Shown: positions 40,868-49,180 of the stretch, one piece after another
Position numbering within the stretch: position 1 is the first letter of the stretch
How the letters are laid out: the number at the start of each line of letters is the position of its first letter
Origin: a virus
Lineage: Duplodnaviria > Caudoviricetes
Strand: one strand, 5' to 3'
Length of the DNA: 64,000 nt
IMG/VR virus record: IMGVR_UViG_3300025016_000004
The notes under the pieces: model-generated
Told to the model about the DNA's origin: nothing
Database searches by the model: none
Seen by the model: only the letters and a program-made list of their open reading frames with translations
Translations under genes and position numbers: made by a program

Positions 40868-40901
40868 AAAATCCTGACAGAAATGTCAGGATTTTTTTTT
40901 T
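40868..40901 (+). terminator. Attenuator terminator before the tRNA array
   Basis: aaaatcctgaca-gaaa-tgtcaggattttttttt. Confidence 0.9.
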
Positions 40902-40906
40902 AATAT

Positions 40907-41002
40907 GGTATCTGTAGCAGAATTGGTAAGTAGTACCCTTATCGGGGAACATGCACTAGATTGTGGCTCTAGAGGATGCGGATTCGAGTTCCGTCTGATA
41001 CC
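40907..41002 (+). tRNA. tRNA-His(GTG) with ~22-nt D-loop insertion
   Basis: G-1:C73, CTAGA-TTGTGGC-TCTAG. Confidence 0.7.
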
Positions 41003-41035
41003 CAAAGGTTTCAATTGTACCTTAAACAATTAAAT

Positions 41036-41110
41036 GGTGTGCGTAGCTTAACTGGTTAAAGCACTAGATTGTGAGTCTAGGGGATGTGATTTCGAATATC
41101 ATCGTACACC
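41036..41110 (+). tRNA. tRNA-His(GTG)
   Basis: Canonical cloverleaf, G-1:C73. Confidence 0.85.
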
Positions 41111-41116
41111 CAAAAT

Positions 41117-41195
41117 GGTCGTGGTCGGGATGACCCCACTTCAGAGGTGAAGTGAATACATGTTTGGTTAGGGTTCGAGTCCCTTTCACTGACCC
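41117..41195 (+). tRNA. Degenerate tRNA-like element (anticodon CAG or TCA ambiguous)
   Basis: Bulged acceptor, good T-arm, loop region CTTCAGAG. Confidence 0.4.
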
Positions 41196-41276
41196 AAGTA
41201 ATTGAGAGTAATATCAATGTTCATTGACATATTGGAAGTAAATTAACGCAACTCATAATCAAGGGGTTGCGTACAC

Positions 41277-41345
41277 ACAGGTCAGGCTATGGTAGCCAAA
41301 CGCTCTCCAAAAGCGTAGGACAGAATTCGATTTTCTGGGCTTGTG
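41277..41345 (+). tRNA. tRNA-Trp(CCA)
   Basis: ACGCT-CTCCAAA-AGCGT, G73. Confidence 0.75.
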
Positions 41346-41440
41346 CGAAGTGAGTGTCGTCCACGAGATGTACGCCCTAACATTCATTGATTTGTTCGGT
41401 GACAGCCTCGGAATAGGATGTTGAGTAGGGAACGACAAAT

Positions 41441-41513
41441 ACAGATATAGTGTCAATGGCTAACACAACGGGTTCCAACCCCGTAAATCTGGGTTCGAAT
41501 CCTAGTATCTGTG
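41441..41513 (+). tRNA. tRNA-Trp(CCA); Gly(TCC) is a less likely register
   Basis: ACGGG-TTCCAAC-CCCGT, G73. Confidence 0.7.
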
Positions 41514-41518
41514 CAAAT

Positions 41519-41600
41519 ACGGATATAGTTCAATGATAGAATGGCCCCAGCGAAGGGGTTGATGGGTTCCTAGGTTTTGGTTTGATTCCCCCTGTCCGTG
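41519..41600 (+). tRNA. Degenerate tRNA-like element (CCCC-AGCGAA-GGGG)
   Basis: Acceptor and D arm present; T arm distorted. Confidence 0.4.
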
Positions 41601-41605
41601 CAAAT

Positions 41606-41675
41606 TGTGATGATTCTCAGATAGCTATATGGAGAGACATATTTGAATATGGTGGTTCGAAACCACACATCGCAT
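41606..41675 (+). tRNA. Degenerate tRNA-like element
   Basis: TGTGATG/CATCGCA acceptor, GTGG-TTCGAAA-CCAC T arm. Confidence 0.35.
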
Positions 41676-41751
41676 CAACTACTAACTTATACCGAAAAGT
41701 ATGTAAAGTATCTTGTATATAATATTTACTATACAAATATGTGTTAGACTA

Positions 41752-41841
41752 GGAGAGGTGGCAGAGTGGTCGAATGCGGCAGTCTTGAAAACTGTTGACC
41801 CCTTTCGGGGTCCGTGGGTTCGAATCCCACCCTCTCCACCA
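41752..41841 (+). tRNA. tRNA-Ser(TGA), CCA encoded
   Basis: Canonical type II cloverleaf. Confidence 0.92.
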
Positions 41842-41887
41842 GATGTACGTTTTTTGTACTTTACATTATTTTCCCATATTTATATAC

Positions 41888-42541
41888 ATGGGAAGAAAAC
41901 AAAAAAAGTATCATTATATTTATAAGACCGTAAATACATTGAGCGGTAGATATTACATTGGGATGCATTCAACTGATGATTTGAATGATGGTTATCTTGG
42001 TAGTGGAATTAGATTGAGAAGAGCAATTAATAAGCATGGCAAGGAAAATTTTAAAAGAGAAATATTGGAATTTTGTGAATCAAGAGAGTTATTAAAAGAG
42101 CGAGAAATTGAAATTGTTAATTTGAATGAGATAGCCAAGGTTGGATGTATGAATTTGAAAGTTGGTGGTTATGGTGGGTTTATTAGTGATGAACACCAGA
42201 AATTTCGTTCAGAATGTGCAAATAAAGCTTTAAAAGAAAAAAGGGAAAGGGATAAAGACTTCAATAAAGAATGGTTAAAAAAGATGAAAGAGGGGGTTCA
42301 AAAAGCTATGGATAGTGGTAAAATGACTAACATTAAAGATAATTATGATTGGACTGGTAAAACTCATAAAGAAGAAACGAAAAAGAAAATGAGCAAACCT
42401 AAGAATAAAGGTGATAGTAACTCCCAATTTGGGTCTTGTTGGATAACTAATGAAAAAATGAATAAGAAAATAAATCGAGATGACGTTATACCAGAAGGTT
42501 GGCGATTAGGTCGAGTAATGAAAAGTATCATTGGAAGGTGA
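41888..42541 (+). CDS. GIY-YIG (Seg-like) homing endonuclease
   Basis: HYIYKT...YYIGMHST...YLGSG; NUMOD3-like GKTHKEETKKKMS. Confidence 0.85.
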   Translation: MGRKQKKYHYIYKTVNTLSGRYYIGMHSTDDLNDGYLGSGIRLRRAINKHGKENFKREILEFCESRELLKEREIEIVNLNEIAKVGCMNLKVGGYGGFISDEHQKFRSECANKALKEKRERDKDFNKEWLKKMKEGVQKAMDSGKMTNIKDNYDWTGKTHKEETKKKMSKPKNKGDSNSQFGSCWITNEKMNKKINRDDVIPEGWRLGRVMKSIIGR

Positions 42542-42582
42542 TACCTAAACAGTGTGATAATATCGATTAAAGCGCACAGTTT
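42523..42582 (+). repeat. Two-hairpin ~60-nt element, copy 1
   Basis: GTATCA-ttggaagg-TGATAC then AAACAGTGTG...CGCACAGTTT. Confidence 0.8.
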
Positions 42583-42655
42583 TGTAATATAGCTCAGCGG
42601 TCAGAGCAGCCTCCTGATGTGGGGAAAGTCGATGGTTCGAATCCATCTATTACAA
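42583..42655 (+). tRNA. tRNA-Ile(GAT)
   Basis: CCTC-CTGATGT-GGGG, A73. Confidence 0.75.
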
Positions 42656-42732
42656 CAAACCATCGCAAGATATAGTTGCAACATTTATTGATAATGGTCT
42701 AGAACGTTATCTTTAGATATATCAAACGATGG

Positions 42733-42805
42733 TCCGATGTAGCTCAGTGGTTAGAGCATCCCCCTCAGAAGGGGAAGGTCGGGGGTTCAAATCCCTCTGT
42801 CGGAA
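42733..42805 (+). tRNA. Atypical tRNA, short variable loop, anticodon probably CAG
   Basis: TCCCC-TCAGAA-GGGGA; one nt short of canonical. Confidence 0.55.
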
Positions 42806-42807
42806 CA

Positions 42808-42868
42808 AAGTATCATCGGAAGGTGATACCTAAACAGTGTGATAATTACGTATAAAGCGCACAGTTTT
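42808..42868 (+). repeat. Two-hairpin ~60-nt element, copy 2
   Basis: Stems identical to copy 1; only the loops differ. Confidence 0.8.
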
Positions 42869-42940
42869 TGCGAGATAACTCAGAGAGTAGAGTGGCCCCG
42901 TGCAAGGGGAGAGTCGGGGGTTCAAGTCCCTCTCTCGCTA
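42869..42940 (+). tRNA. Atypical tRNA (GCA or TGC register ambiguous)
   Basis: CCCC-GTGCAA-GGGG. Confidence 0.5.
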
Positions 42941-42947
42941 CTAATAT

Positions 42948-43031
42948 TGCGGTGTAGTCAGTAGATGGAAGCTTGCGAGGCTCATAACCTCGTGCCGAAA
43001 GGCCCCACGGGTTCGAGTCCCGTTGCCGCTA
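42948..43031 (+). tRNA. tRNA-Met(CAT) with long variable arm and 1:72 mismatch
   Basis: CGAGG-CTCATAA-CCTCG, variable arm GCC-GAAA-GGC. Confidence 0.7.
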
Positions 43032-43130
43032 CTAAATTGCGTTAAAGTGTAAAGGTTGCATTTCGACCAATAACGTTAAATAATATGAACTTTTACATAA
43101 TTCTTTATATTTATATAAAAAGTTTAAATT

Positions 43131-43760
43131 ATGGAATGTTTAGTGTGCGAGTTAAAATTGGGTAAGGGTAGAAGAAAATTCTGTTCAGATGATTGTAGAA
43201 AACAAAATAGAATTTTACAATATAAAAAAACTGGTAATCCTAATTCTTATTCAAGACAAGTGTCTAAACATAGGTTTCGTAAATTTAATCTTATTGAGTT
43301 ACGTAATAATAAAGGGTGTGAAGAATGTGGTTATATTAAAAATATAAGTGCGTTAGATTTTCATCACTTAGTTCCAAAAGAAAAAGATTTTACGTTAGAT
43401 GCTAGAAATTTAGCTAATAGGGGTTGGGAAGAAATTTTAGTCGAATTTAGTAAATGTAAAATTCTTTGTGCTAACTGCCATAGAGAAGAACATAACCCAG
43501 ATTTAAATTTTAAGGATAGGATTAAATTTGATGAAATTGGTGAAAAAATAAAAAAAGAATCTAAATGTGTGGAATGTAATGTGAAAATTCATAATACCGC
43601 AAGTAGATGTAAAAAATGTTTTGACATGTCAAGACGAAAAAATGATAGACCAAGTAATGTAATATTGCTTGAAGATATTAAAGAATTAGGGTATAGTGGT
43701 ACTGGTAGAAAATATGGTGTTAGTGATAATACTATAAGAAAATGGGTTAAAAACTCATAA
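43131..43760 (+). CDS. HNH homing endonuclease with Zn ribbons and C-terminal HTH
   Basis: CEECG...DFHH...LCANCHREEH; GVSDNTIRKW. Confidence 0.85.
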   Translation: MECLVCELKLGKGRRKFCSDDCRKQNRILQYKKTGNPNSYSRQVSKHRFRKFNLIELRNNKGCEECGYIKNISALDFHHLVPKEKDFTLDARNLANRGWEEILVEFSKCKILCANCHREEHNPDLNFKDRIKFDEIGEKIKKESKCVECNVKIHNTASRCKKCFDMSRRKNDRPSNVILLEDIKELGYSGTGRKYGVSDNTIRKWVKNS

Positions 43761-43892
43761 ACTCTACGGGGTGGTTCGAATCCACGATACGCTACTTTGG
43801 AAGTTTAGTAAGTTTTTCCTTAAAAACAACTTACAAATTATATATCGATAAGTAATTGCCTTGATGGTTGGCTGTAAATAAATTATCATTAT

Positions 43893-43979
43893 GGGTGAGT
43901 AGCTCAGTGGGCCAGAGCGGTTGATTGTTAATCAAAGGGCCTTTATAGGTTTACGTGGGTTCGAATCCCACCTTGCCCT
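43893..43979 (+). tRNA. tRNA-Asn(GTT) with long variable arm
   Basis: TTGA-TTGTTAA-TCAA, variable arm GGGCCT-TTAT-AGGTTT. Confidence 0.65.
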
Positions 43980-44199
43980 CAAATCTTAATAATTATGGAA
44001 AAATGTAGTTAAAGAATTGGTTCAAAATTTAAGAGCCAGTGGGATTAACGTCACATATTATGATAATCCAAGTAAAGAAAAGATTGAACGTATTAATAAA
44101 CGTTTGGTAGAATTAAGAAAAAGAAATTCCTTTTAGTCCCTGAAGAAATTCAAACTTTAAGGTGCAATCTTCAATAGCTCAGTTGGTTAGAGCTAAAAT

Positions 44200-44271
44200 T
44201 CTTCTCTCGTATAAAGGTTATTACGGGTGACTGTTAATCACTTTATCTAGGTTCGAGTCCTAGGGGAAGAG
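44200..44271 (+). tRNA. tRNA-Asn(GTT)
   Basis: GGTGA-CTGTTAA-TCACT, G73. Confidence 0.85.
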
Positions 44272-44344
44272 AGTTGTCGATATTAATCCACTTCCACGTA
44301 GTGACAACTGGTAATAGATGAATTCATCTAGCTAGGAGGTTAAT
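44272..44344 (+). ncRNA. HDV-like (theta-type) ribozyme
   Basis: P1 AGTTGTC/GACAACT, P2 ATTAATC/GGTTAAT, P3 ACT/AGT, L3 TCCACGT, P1.1 CC/GG, P4 TAGATG/CATCTA, J4/2 GCTAG (C44332). Confidence 0.8.
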
Positions 44345-44588
44345 AAACGTTCATTAAGTATCTTGGTGATTATATCAAGATACTTTTGGGATGTCTTAGG
44401 TTTAACATAAGTTTGGCTACTTGTATCGATAATACATAAATCAATCTTTAAATCATGACAGGCTTTTGATTTAGATATATCATTCTCTTGAATCTTTTGT
44501 AATTTATTGTTACCATATATAGGTTCATAATGAAAGATACCATTGTTTTAGAGTTGTTAAATTCTTCTTGGGTATATAATGGTTTCAT
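44333..44588 (-). pseudogene. Internally deleted Vsr-like homing endonuclease
   Basis: MKPLYTQEEF start joined out of frame to NGIFHYEPIYG...IQEND...IDLCIIDTS...YLDII C-terminus. Confidence 0.6.
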
Positions 44589-44658
44589 AAAGTTATTTAT
44601 TTATAAATATGTTAACATTTATAAAAGACGTTTTCGAGTCCTAGGGGAAGAGCAAAAT

Positions 44659-44746
44659 GGAAGGGTGACAGAGTGGTAATTGTGCCAGTTTGCTAAACTG
44701 AGGCTGGGCGTGAAAACCCACGAGGGTTCGATTCCCTCTCCTTCCG
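44659..44746 (+). tRNA. tRNA-Ser(GCT)
   Basis: CCAGT-TTGCTAA-ACTGA, type II, G73. Confidence 0.88.
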
Positions 44747-44747
44747 C

Positions 44748-44940
44748 AATTATAATGGAAAATATTCTACTAAAAACACGTTATAGTGGAAAATATTTGT
44801 AAATTATTATAAATTTTACCGTTATAACGGAAAAAATTCTATAAAAAGTGCATTATAATGGTAAAAAATGCAAATTATTGCACTTAAATACCATTATAAC
44901 AGTATAAAGTGCAACTTATTGCACTTAACGATGTATAATA
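44748..44940. repeat. Array of palindromic TTATAA-centred boxes at 31/41-bp spacing
   Basis: Boxes at 44750, 44781, 44822, 44853, 44894. Confidence 0.7.
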
Positions 44941-44989
44941 TCTCATTCATAGATATTAATATTATAAAATAGTGAATGTCATTCAAATT

Positions 44990-45063
44990 GCCTCCGTAGC
45001 ACAACTGAATAGTGCAACACCCTTCTAAGGTGTCGGTTATAGGTTTGAATCCTATCGGGGGTA
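44990..45063 (+). tRNA. tRNA-Arg(TCT)
   Basis: ACACC-CTTCTAA-GGTGT. Confidence 0.88.
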
Positions 45064-45129
45064 CAAATTATGTTTCATAGTCGAATAGTAAGTTTTAACC
45101 TGTCATAGGTGATATGAAACATAACAAAA

Positions 45130-45206
45130 TGGGGTATAACCAGCATGCCTGATACGCATGACCAAGGTAGCGGTTGAAAACGAGGGTTCGAATCCCTCCG
45201 CCCCAA
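45130..45206 (+). tRNA. D-arm-permuted tRNA, anticodon GAT (Ile)
   Basis: TA-ACC-AG-[CATGC CTGATAC GCATG]-ACCAA-GGT-AGCGG...T arm. Confidence 0.65.
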
Positions 45207-45212
45207 CAAAAT

Positions 45213-45301
45213 GCTGGTGTAGCGGTGGGAGCTTATATCTCCTATACCCGTAGAGGTTCTTGAGATAGCATCAAACAAGGGTTCGAACCCCTTCTCCAGT
45301 A
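45213..45301 (+). tRNA. D-arm-permuted tRNA, anticodon TAT (Ile)
   Basis: TA-GCGG-T-[GGGAG CTTATAT CTCCT]-ATAC-CCGT-AGAGG...T arm. Confidence 0.6.
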
Positions 45302-45306
45302 CAAAC

Positions 45307-45383
45307 GGGTCCATATCGGCTCTGGCTCATAACCAGTTGAAACCGTAATTGGTCACATGTGGGTTCGATTCCCTCTGGGCCCA
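45307..45383 (+). tRNA. D-arm-permuted tRNA, anticodon CAT
   Basis: TA-TCGG-CT-[CTGG CTCATAA CCAG]-TTGAAA-CCGT-AATTGG...T arm. Confidence 0.65.
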
Positions 45384-45425
45384 CTTTATTAAATTTGTTG
45401 ATATTTATATAAAAACAATATAAAT

Positions 45426-46028
45426 ATGGCAAATTTAAAAATTTCTGAAGAAGAATTTAAAACAGCAGCTGACTTAATCGGTTGTGAAGTAGCAGTTATA
45501 AAAGCTGTTGCAAAGATTGAAAGTAACGGAAGCGGTTTCAATGCAGATGGTACCCCAAAAACACTTTTTGAGGGACATTGGTTTCATAAATTAACAGATG
45601 GTAAGTACTCAAACGATTCTAGATATGAATCTATTTCATACGCAAAATGGACTCGTAAGTGGTATGGCAATCAAATAGTTGAAAAACAAAGATTAGATTT
45701 AGCTGGTTCTTTGGATAGAGATGCAGCGTTACAATCAGCAAGTTGGGGGGCATTTCAAATTATGGGATTCAATTATAAGTTATGTGGATTTAATACAGTT
45801 CAAGAATTCATTAATGCAATGTATAAAGGTGAGGGTACGCAATTATTAGCTTTTATAAATTTCGTTAAATCTAAAAAATTAGATGATGAATTACGTGATA
45901 AAGATTGGGCCAAATTCGCTTACTACTACAATGGTTCAGGTTATGCAATAAATAAGTATGACGAGAAAATGAAAGCGGCTTACATAAAATTTAAAGCTGA
46001 AGAGGTGGAAGAATTAAAAAAAAAGTAA
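45426..46028 (+). CDS. Endolysin, N-acetylmuramidase (DUF3380-type)
   Basis: AVAKIESNG, LFEGHWF, SASWGAFQIMGFN, FAYYYNG. Confidence 0.88.
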   Translation: MANLKISEEEFKTAADLIGCEVAVIKAVAKIESNGSGFNADGTPKTLFEGHWFHKLTDGKYSNDSRYESISYAKWTRKWYGNQIVEKQRLDLAGSLDRDAALQSASWGAFQIMGFNYKLCGFNTVQEFINAMYKGEGTQLLAFINFVKSKKLDDELRDKDWAKFAYYYNGSGYAINKYDEKMKAAYIKFKAEEVEELKKK

Positions 46029-46256
46029 AAGCGAAAGCTGAAGCTTTAATTATTGTTAAACCAAATGTTAATTGGATTAAAAAATTCTGGGAATCAATAT
46101 ATAATTGGAAAAGATAGAAATATAAGTGGAATCAAAAATTAGATAGAATAGTAAATTTTGATGATAATAAAAATAATTCAATCAGAATTCTATACCTGTT
46201 AAAATAAAAAGATAAAAATACTTTGTTTTTTAAAAAACATTTCGTATATTTGCATC

Positions 46257-47251
46257 ATGAGAATAAAAGAAGATTGTCAAGTAATTTATTTGGATAAGGA
46301 TGATTTAACAGCACATGGAGCTATTATGGTCTTTGATGACGTAGGTCTTTTTGATTTTATATTCACAACTAAAAGCCCTATCTTGAAGGCTGATATAGTT
46401 ATCTTCAAAAATAATGGTAAATACAGAGTATTAAAAAGTAGATATTAAAATGATAATAATTAAATACGTAACTTTAAAAAAACATGAGCGATTTTAGGTA
46501 CACCTAAAATTAATCATGAATGAAAAAAGTAAAACAAAGTAAAAAAAGATGGGCTTGGACTGAGGCGCAAATAAGAAGATATTGGTCAAGAGGTAGTTGG
46601 TATACACCACCAAGTTGGTTTAGAGAAAATTATCATAGAGCTAACAGGGCATATGAAAGAGCTAAAATAAACAAAATTTTAAATGGTCATATCGATGAGG
46701 ATTCTTACATAGGAACCAAATATCACCCTAGTAGTGCTAAATGGGACTGGACATGAGCATCCATCGAAACCGAGCCAAATTTAATAAGGCTTTAACCAGT
46801 ATGGAATATACTAGGTTAATGAAAATGGAAAATGTTTATTGCATAATCTGTGTAAAAAGAGCTGGTAATTATAACGCATCATGTCACCCATCAGTATTCA
46901 ACCCTAGAGGTTGGAGGTGGCGTAGAAAAAGAAATTGGAAAAATAAAAGAAAAACACAATGGAAAAATTAATAGATAACACTTCATAGGATTCAATTGCG
47001 ACAAGTAATTGAAGAGTATGAATGCCAAATTAAGAATATGGAGAGTAGTGCCTACCAGTAAGACTGGTGCCAAAGCTCCCTACTTCTTTGTAGAAACAGA
47101 GAAGTTCGAATTGGAAGACGCAGTGATAGAAGCTAATAATTTAGCTAAACAAAACTGCACTTTATCTAGGTTTGATAACTGGAATTTTTCCGTTACCAAA
47201 CAAAGGGTGAGAAAGGATGTTTTAGGAAGATACTGGAAGTATCACCAATAA
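46257..47251 (+). CDS. Four small hypothetical ORFs (46257-46448, 46520-46756, 46753-46971, 47009-47251)
   Basis: Co-oriented after promoter TATATTTG ~46245. Confidence 0.45.
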
Positions 47252-47256
47252 AATGT

Positions 47257-47379
47257 CAGACTGGGTGGGGCAAACCAGCTAAAAAACCCCCGATATTAAA
47301 CAGGTAATATTCCTGAGTAAGTGTGGCGGTGAAACATCTACCATAAGTGTATCTACAAATACTCCACTCTCAGGGTCTG
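47257..47379 (+). ncRNA. Candidate multi-stem structured RNA
   Basis: CAGAC/GTCTG, CTGG/CCAG, GATATT/AATATT, CCTGAG/CTCAGG and TGGCGGTG-AAA-CATCTACCA stems, then a T-run. Confidence 0.45.
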
Positions 47380-47465
47380 TTTTTTTATGATAAATATAAG
47401 AGAATTTGGTAAAAGTCGTTTTCGAATCCCATTCTCTCTGCTTAACATTTTTAAAAAAGTTTTAA

Positions 47466-47954
47466 ATGAAAGTATTAAAAGAATTTAAAGAACCAACAAA
47501 TGTAGTGATTACAGGTCAATGGGTAGGTGGCGAAGTTGAACCATCATTATCAATTACTGATGATGAATGTATATTAACAGTTAGAAATTTCAAAGGTAAA
47601 AAATTTAATTTAGCAGCATTAGGTAGTATTACGATATTAACCGAAGAACAATTTAATTGGTTTATAGATTCTGACCATTATAAAATGTATTGTGATGATG
47701 ATTTTGGTAATATTGAAGATATGTACATACCCATTAAAGGTTATGTTGGTAATATTGAAGCGGTTGGGGTTACATATGATGGTGATGAGACTGTAGAATG
47801 GGAAATTGAAGATTATTTCTATCACCAAGTTGAAGATGCAAACCTCATACTTGATATTAAAGGTGAATACAATTTCGATTCTATGAATGTGAATGAAGCT
47901 AAGAAGTTTTTGAAGTCTAATGAAATAAGTAAGACTATGATTAATAAACTATGA
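47466..47954 (+). CDS. Acidic hypothetical protein
   Basis: 162-aa ORF. Confidence 0.55.
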   Translation: MKVLKEFKEPTNVVITGQWVGGEVEPSLSITDDECILTVRNFKGKKFNLAALGSITILTEEQFNWFIDSDHYKMYCDDDFGNIEDMYIPIKGYVGNIEAVGVTYDGDETVEWEIEDYFYHQVEDANLILDIKGEYNFDSMNVNEAKKFLKSNEISKTMINKL

Positions 47955-48328
47955 CCAACATTAGAAGAAAAGATTAACATCCTTGAGAGAAAAATAGAAA
48001 TCCAAGCGCAACAAATATCGCAACTTTCAAACGCAGTTGATTGGTGTGAAAGAAATATAAAATTAAATTAAGATATAGTAATAGTGAAATTTGGACTGAA
48101 TCAACCAAAGATAAAACAATAGCTAAATTAAAGGATAATGGTGATATAATCAAAATCAAAATCAATGATAAAAAAATTGAATTAGATTATGATGAATTTC
48201 TTGAATTACTAACTATTATGGAAATTAAAAAAAGTAGTGATAAACAATTAAATATAGGCCAAAGTTGGTCTTAATATTACAAGATAGAGCAGAGGTAGTT
48301 TGCGGGACTCATACAGTTTTAAAAGACT

Positions 48329-48517
48329 ATGAAAAATTATAAATTAGAAAGATTAATGAATGGTGAATCATTCATCACACATGAAAAAGGAAATTCAATG
48401 GTACCACTGATTAAATCAGGACAAGACCATAAATTGGAACCATGTACAATCGATGAAGTGGGTATAAACGACATTGTTTATTGTAAAGTGAAGGGTAAGT
48501 TTTATAAAGGAGCGTAA
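48329..48517 (+). pseudogene. S24/S26-peptidase-like gene truncated by an IS scar
   Basis: GNSMVPLIKSGQ...DIVYCKVKGKFY then enters the scar and stops. Confidence 0.6.
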
Positions 48518-48554
48518 AACCCATTCATCGCTTTAGCGTGGGTGGGTAGTTCAC
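48506..48554 (+). mobile_element. IS200/IS605-type solo-end scar (49 bp)
   Basis: TTTAT|aaaggagcgtaaaacccattcatcgctttagcgtgggtgggtagttcac. Confidence 0.85.
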
Positions 48555-48588
48555 ATAGTCCAGATAAAGTTCATACCCACACTTAAAT

Positions 48589-48658
48589 TGGGATAGTTAT
48601 AGGAATACACCATAGGCTCATATCCAGTGGCAAGGCGGTTCGACTCCGCTTATCCCAA
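48589..48658 (+). tRNA. tRNA(CAT), Met or Ile2
   Basis: TGGGATA/TATCCCA acceptor, loop CTCATAT, GGCGG-TTCGACT-CCGCT. Confidence 0.65.
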
Positions 48659-48702
48659 CAAACACTTTTCAAAATTATTTTATATTTATATAAAAACATA
48701 TT

Positions 48703-49098
48703 ATGGAAAAGTTTATGAAATATTGGCAATTGATTGTAGGTGTACTTGGCGGTACATTAATAGCTGTGTTTGGATGGTTTTATACCCAAGGTCAACAAAG
48801 CAAAGAGTACGAAGGTAGAACATTTGATACCCCAGAACAAAAAGTTTATACAGTTAAAAAAGTAGAAAATTTACCAAGTCCAAAAGAAGAATGGCAAAAA
48901 TATTATTTAGATAGTATAAATAATGTTAGTGCAATTAAATCTAGAAAGGTGAGGGATTCTTTAATGATAGTAGAAAGAAAAGCTAGAGAATATACAGATT
49001 CAATTAATTTATTAAATGCCGACCAGTTGTATCAAACAAAAGAAGAAGTAAAACAAATAAAAAGCGTTTTACAACGATTAGAAAATAGAAGTAATTAA
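48703..49098 (+). CDS. Single-TM coiled-coil protein
   Basis: N-terminal TM. Confidence 0.5.
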   Translation: MEKFMKYWQLIVGVLGGTLIAVFGWFYTQGQQSKEYEGRTFDTPEQKVYTVKKVENLPSPKEEWQKYYLDSINNVSAIKSRKVRDSLMIVERKAREYTDSINLLNADQLYQTKEEVKQIKSVLQRLENRSN

Positions 49099-49180
49099 TT
49101 GCGCTTCCCAACGACAGTTTACGGTATTTATTGATTATAGGTGATTTAGATTTATACTATTGCGATGAAGGAAAATAAAC

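Noticed and set aside
44748-44940. CRISPR array
   Set aside because: Repeats are short and degenerate, spacers resemble each other, and no cas genes are present
47257-47300. c-di-GMP-I riboswitch (GGGCAAACC)
   Set aside because: The downstream GGGACGCAAAGC and second-stem consensus are absent
40467-48554. Solo IS scars as extra TnpB guide loci
   Set aside because: At ~48 bp they are far too short to hold an omegaRNA scaffold
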